In this document: positions 60,560 to 64,000 of the stretch, in pieces
Numbering within the stretch: the stretch's first letter is position 1
Layout of the letters: each line of letters begins with the position of its first letter
Assembly (NCBI GenBank): GCA_002633005.1
Contig: NMRA01000552.1
Span: forward strand, 214,133-278,132
Source of the DNA: Phoronis australis
Taxonomy: Eukaryota; Animalia; Phoronida
DNA length: 64,000 bases
Reading direction: 5' to 3'
The notes under the pieces: generated by a model
What the model saw: the letters and a program-made list of their open reading frames with translations, nothing else
Database searches by the model: none
What the model was told of the DNA's origin: nothing
Made by a program: the position numbers and the translations under genes

Positions 60560-63015
60560 ATACTGTAGTGTACGTGCCCCCATGTGGAATTCAATAACAC
60601 AAATGGTCATTGGAAAGGAAATTATTGCCTTTTAAATAACAACATGGTGCTTTTTATCATCAAAGAAAAATAAATGTCCATACAAGATTATGTTACCATG
60701 TGCTGCAGAAACAGTGATGTAGTGTACGTACCCTCTTTTGTAGTGTACGTACGTCCGTGTTCACAAATGCCATGAAATTAAAATATCACTTGGTAAGTCA
60801 GCAACATTGGTCATACATAGTTTCCTTCCTTAAAAATGTAAGGTTAAAAGGGTGTTTATTGCAAATACATTTGTTTTGAGTGAAATATTGCATTTGTGTG
60901 GTGTACGTACCCCTAGATTATATTTGTGCCTATTTTCAAAGTATGGCAAATATGCACATGAATGCTGTTCTTTTTATTTTTCTCTTTGAATTGAGTTAGT
61001 AAATCAACTAACTCTCAGTAGATTCTTAGTATTTAGTTACAAACTTGACATGTCATTGAAATGTATTGTACGTACCTGTGTGTAGTGTACGCAGTGGCGG
61101 ATCTAGGATATCACAAGGGGGGCCCAACATTTTGTCTGTAAACATTTGCTCAAAGAACGACCCTATATGCGCATAGCACCGGATGGGGGGAGGTCGGGAG
61201 GGGGGTTTGCCCCCACTCACAACCAGGCGCATAGAGTGCGCGTGCTTTACCACTACACCACCACGATTTCACTCCTAACTTGATCCTAAGAGACCTACTT
61301 GTTTATAGTCCACAGCGTTTGCGCGCGAAACTTCCTTCTTTTTGTAATGCTCATTACACTTTTTATATTTTGTGCAATCAGTTCGTAATAAATTTGATGT
61401 ATTTAAAATAGTCTTAAATTGCCCAAAAGACCAAATCCGTTTTTCGTGTTGGCAATAATGACGAGATTGCTTTGGAAATTGGTTTGACAAAGAGAGAATT
61501 ATTAGTTTCTGAGTGGTTCACTAAGGCTTCGATTAAAATTGATATCTTACCAGCAGCTTCTGTTTTTTTATCATCACTCAGATTCTATTTTCTTTAAAAA
61601 ATGAAGTAATTTTCTTCACTGCACAGTGGAGCAGACGACGAAAACGGAGTCGTAGTGCCCAGCGCCACTGCCGGTCGCCTGGGATATCGCGAGGGAGCCT
61701 ATACTTAGCTATAGTTCCGTTACGATTGCGCCGTGTTCCGAATTTGACACTTGAAATTGGATCTGAGCTCCCCCCCCCCAAATACTTAAACTGCACACAT
61801 TTAAATATTGTTTCAGCCGTATAATTTTAATTACCGGAGTTAACTAATAAACTCAACGCGACGCTCTTGCTGTTTTATTTTTTGCAGCAGCCAAGGGGCG
61901 GGGGGCGGGCCCCCTGGGCCCCCCCTAAATCCGCCTATGGTACGTACCCCGATGTGAGCAAGTACCATAAAACAAAAATATTACATGGTAAGTAAGCAAC
62001 CCTTGTCACAGTTTCCTCCATTAAAAATGCTAGGTTAAAAGGGTGTTAATTACAAATACATGTGTTTCGAGTGAAATATTAGCATTTGTGTAATGCACGT
62101 ACCCCTACAATATAACATGTGCCTGTTTTCAAAGAATGACAGACAGATATGCACATGTGTGCTGTACTTTTTATTTGTTCTCCTTGAACAGATTTGGTAA
62201 ATGAACTAACTCTCAGTAGATTCTAAGTACTTTTTATAAATCTGAAAAGTCATTGAAATGTAGTGTACGTACCCCTGTGTAGTATACGTACCTTCAACCT
62301 CTGTGCTATAAAGTATTGCCCACAAGTATTTTTACACAGTGCCAGAACTGTTGTTCTCATAAACAATAATGATATTTCCAAAATGAATCCAGTCTGACAA
62401 AAAAAAAACAATGGACATTATCAAATCTATGGACAATAAAATGCCACTCAGGACTTGGCTAGTGCTTAACATCCTATAAGACCCATCATGTGACAACTGA
62501 TATTGCAAAGGCAGGTTCTCTATCTCTCAAGACAACTTGCAACAAGTAGAGGTAGCACAAAACTCGAGACCATCTCATGCACTTGTAACTTAGTTAAAAT
62601 TTAACGTTGATTGACTATGCGTAGTGTACGTACCCCCCAAACCAGTACCATTTTTATCTGTTTACAAGTGGAACACTGGTAATAGCATTGCTTTAACTAT
62701 TTTGACCAACTGGTGAATGTATTGAAAACAAGGCAAATAGCACCAATAAAGTTTTTGAAAAGAAGTAGTTACATGTCATTTTCTTTTTGTAGGAATCATG
62801 TAATGCAAGAGAAGAAGTTCTCATTATACTGTGTTAAGATATGCAATGTATCATCATTTAGAACAACGTAATCAGCACGGTAATGACTTTTCTTACTTAA
62901 GTATGTGCTACTTCTTCAATATGATCAAGAACATATTAAATTAACATCTAACTTATGAATTTTTGCACTGTAGAAATGGGCTGTGACCACAAGTTGAAGT
63001 GTACGTAGGCCTACC
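60560..63015. repeat. Region of dispersed GTAGTGTACGTACCCC motifs with internal ~330-bp duplication
   Basis: About 11 same-orientation motif copies; ~60770-61090 resembles ~61965-62295. Confidence 0.75.
61092..61939. mobile_element. Non-autonomous TIR element with 5-bp TSD (hAT5-like)
   Basis: Ends CAGTGGCGGATCTAG / CTAAATCCGCCTATG; GTACG duplicated (61087-91, 61940-44); the same left end recurs at 57036. Confidence 0.78.
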
Positions 63016-64000
63016 CTTTTATACAACTGTGATGCATTAGGCCATAAAATTTTATTCGGTGGTTCTCGTGCAAAAATATTTTAAATCATTAACCTGGAAT
63101 GATGGTACTTAACAATAACCCAGCTTTTACAGTTATACGACAACCTTCATTTTTCACCAAAAGTGGCCACCGAATATGGACCTTGATTGTGATTTGCCCG
63201 AGCTGCACACTAGATGTCGCAAACTCTCCAAGTTCACTCATTATTCCAAGTTCACGCACAACATTCGAGTCGGATTTTTGGCATCTGAGTACCCTGTGTC
63301 AACCAAAGCACATTAAAGATGATTGTGGAAATTGGCATTTATGTTCCTATTGATGATTTTCCGACGACCCCAACAACTAGCTCTGGCGCCTCCTAGTGTC
63401 ATTTTTAAGCCCGTGGCTGTATCTCATAAACCCTTTGCAGGTTCTTTAATAAATTTAGCAAAGTGCATTTATACGAACTAGATAACAAAGGACGGCGACT
63501 TTCGGATGGATGACTTCATTTTTGAAATATCCGAGTCATCCTGAATTTCATTACCCTGCCAGACGTAGACTTTAATACCTGTCTCGCGGCAAGAAAATCT
63601 AGCAGCGCGAATTGTACTAAATTGAAGGAAATGACGTGGAAGGTGACAGGCTTGCAAAAAAAAAACGCCAGTTTATCCATCAATTGTTTGAGGGACCACG
63701 ACCCCTAAGCTAAACCTCTGTTCATGAATCAAGACTGTCGAAGGACCCGTATCTTAACTTTGTCGTAGCCCCCACGCGGTTTAGTTTATGAATGTACCCA
63801 TTCATATGCAATTCCTACGAAGATGTCTTCGGTTTCTTCTCTGCAGGATCACATGATCCATTGAAAACAGCGTCTCGCTCGGTATTCAGTATCTCTAAAA
63901 GGCGGGTTTATTGATCTGGATGGTGTAACGAAGTGGTTACCTGGTTGTTGCACTTTGTCTTAGTTGACTTTGAAACGTTCTTCTTCAGCAGTTGTAATTT

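Overview
AT-rich eukaryotic (metazoan, invertebrate-like) genomic DNA. Positions 229-40661 carry the 5' part of a large minus-strand multi-exon gene, recognisable as a ZZEF1 orthologue. Its domains are an MGN N-terminus, EF-hand, DOC/APC10, a CUB-like domain and two ZZ zinc fingers. I traced 50 GT-AG exons with consistent reading phase from 36324 down to 229. One exon between 39576 and 36324 is unaccounted for, and the gene runs off the left edge. Unexpectedly, two exons (3129-3313, 2548-2698) encode a Sin3-type PAH (paired amphipathic helix) domain at a position where, from my recollection, vertebrate ZZEF1 has only a short linker. Two exons have their 3' end plus splice donor amplified as intronic tandem arrays. 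The right third of the window is transposon-rich. A TTAA-flanked Kolobok element (THAP-transposase relic plus a P2X7-ballast-like KolX gene, convergent) sits nested in opposite orientation inside a second Kolobok relic. There are also Harbinger-type, 5-bp-TSD and 6-bp-TSD non-autonomous elements, tRNA-derived SINEs and minisatellites. Two near-identical duplications flank single N gaps and are probably assembly/haplotype artefacts. Protein family assignments come from remembered motifs, not from database searches.
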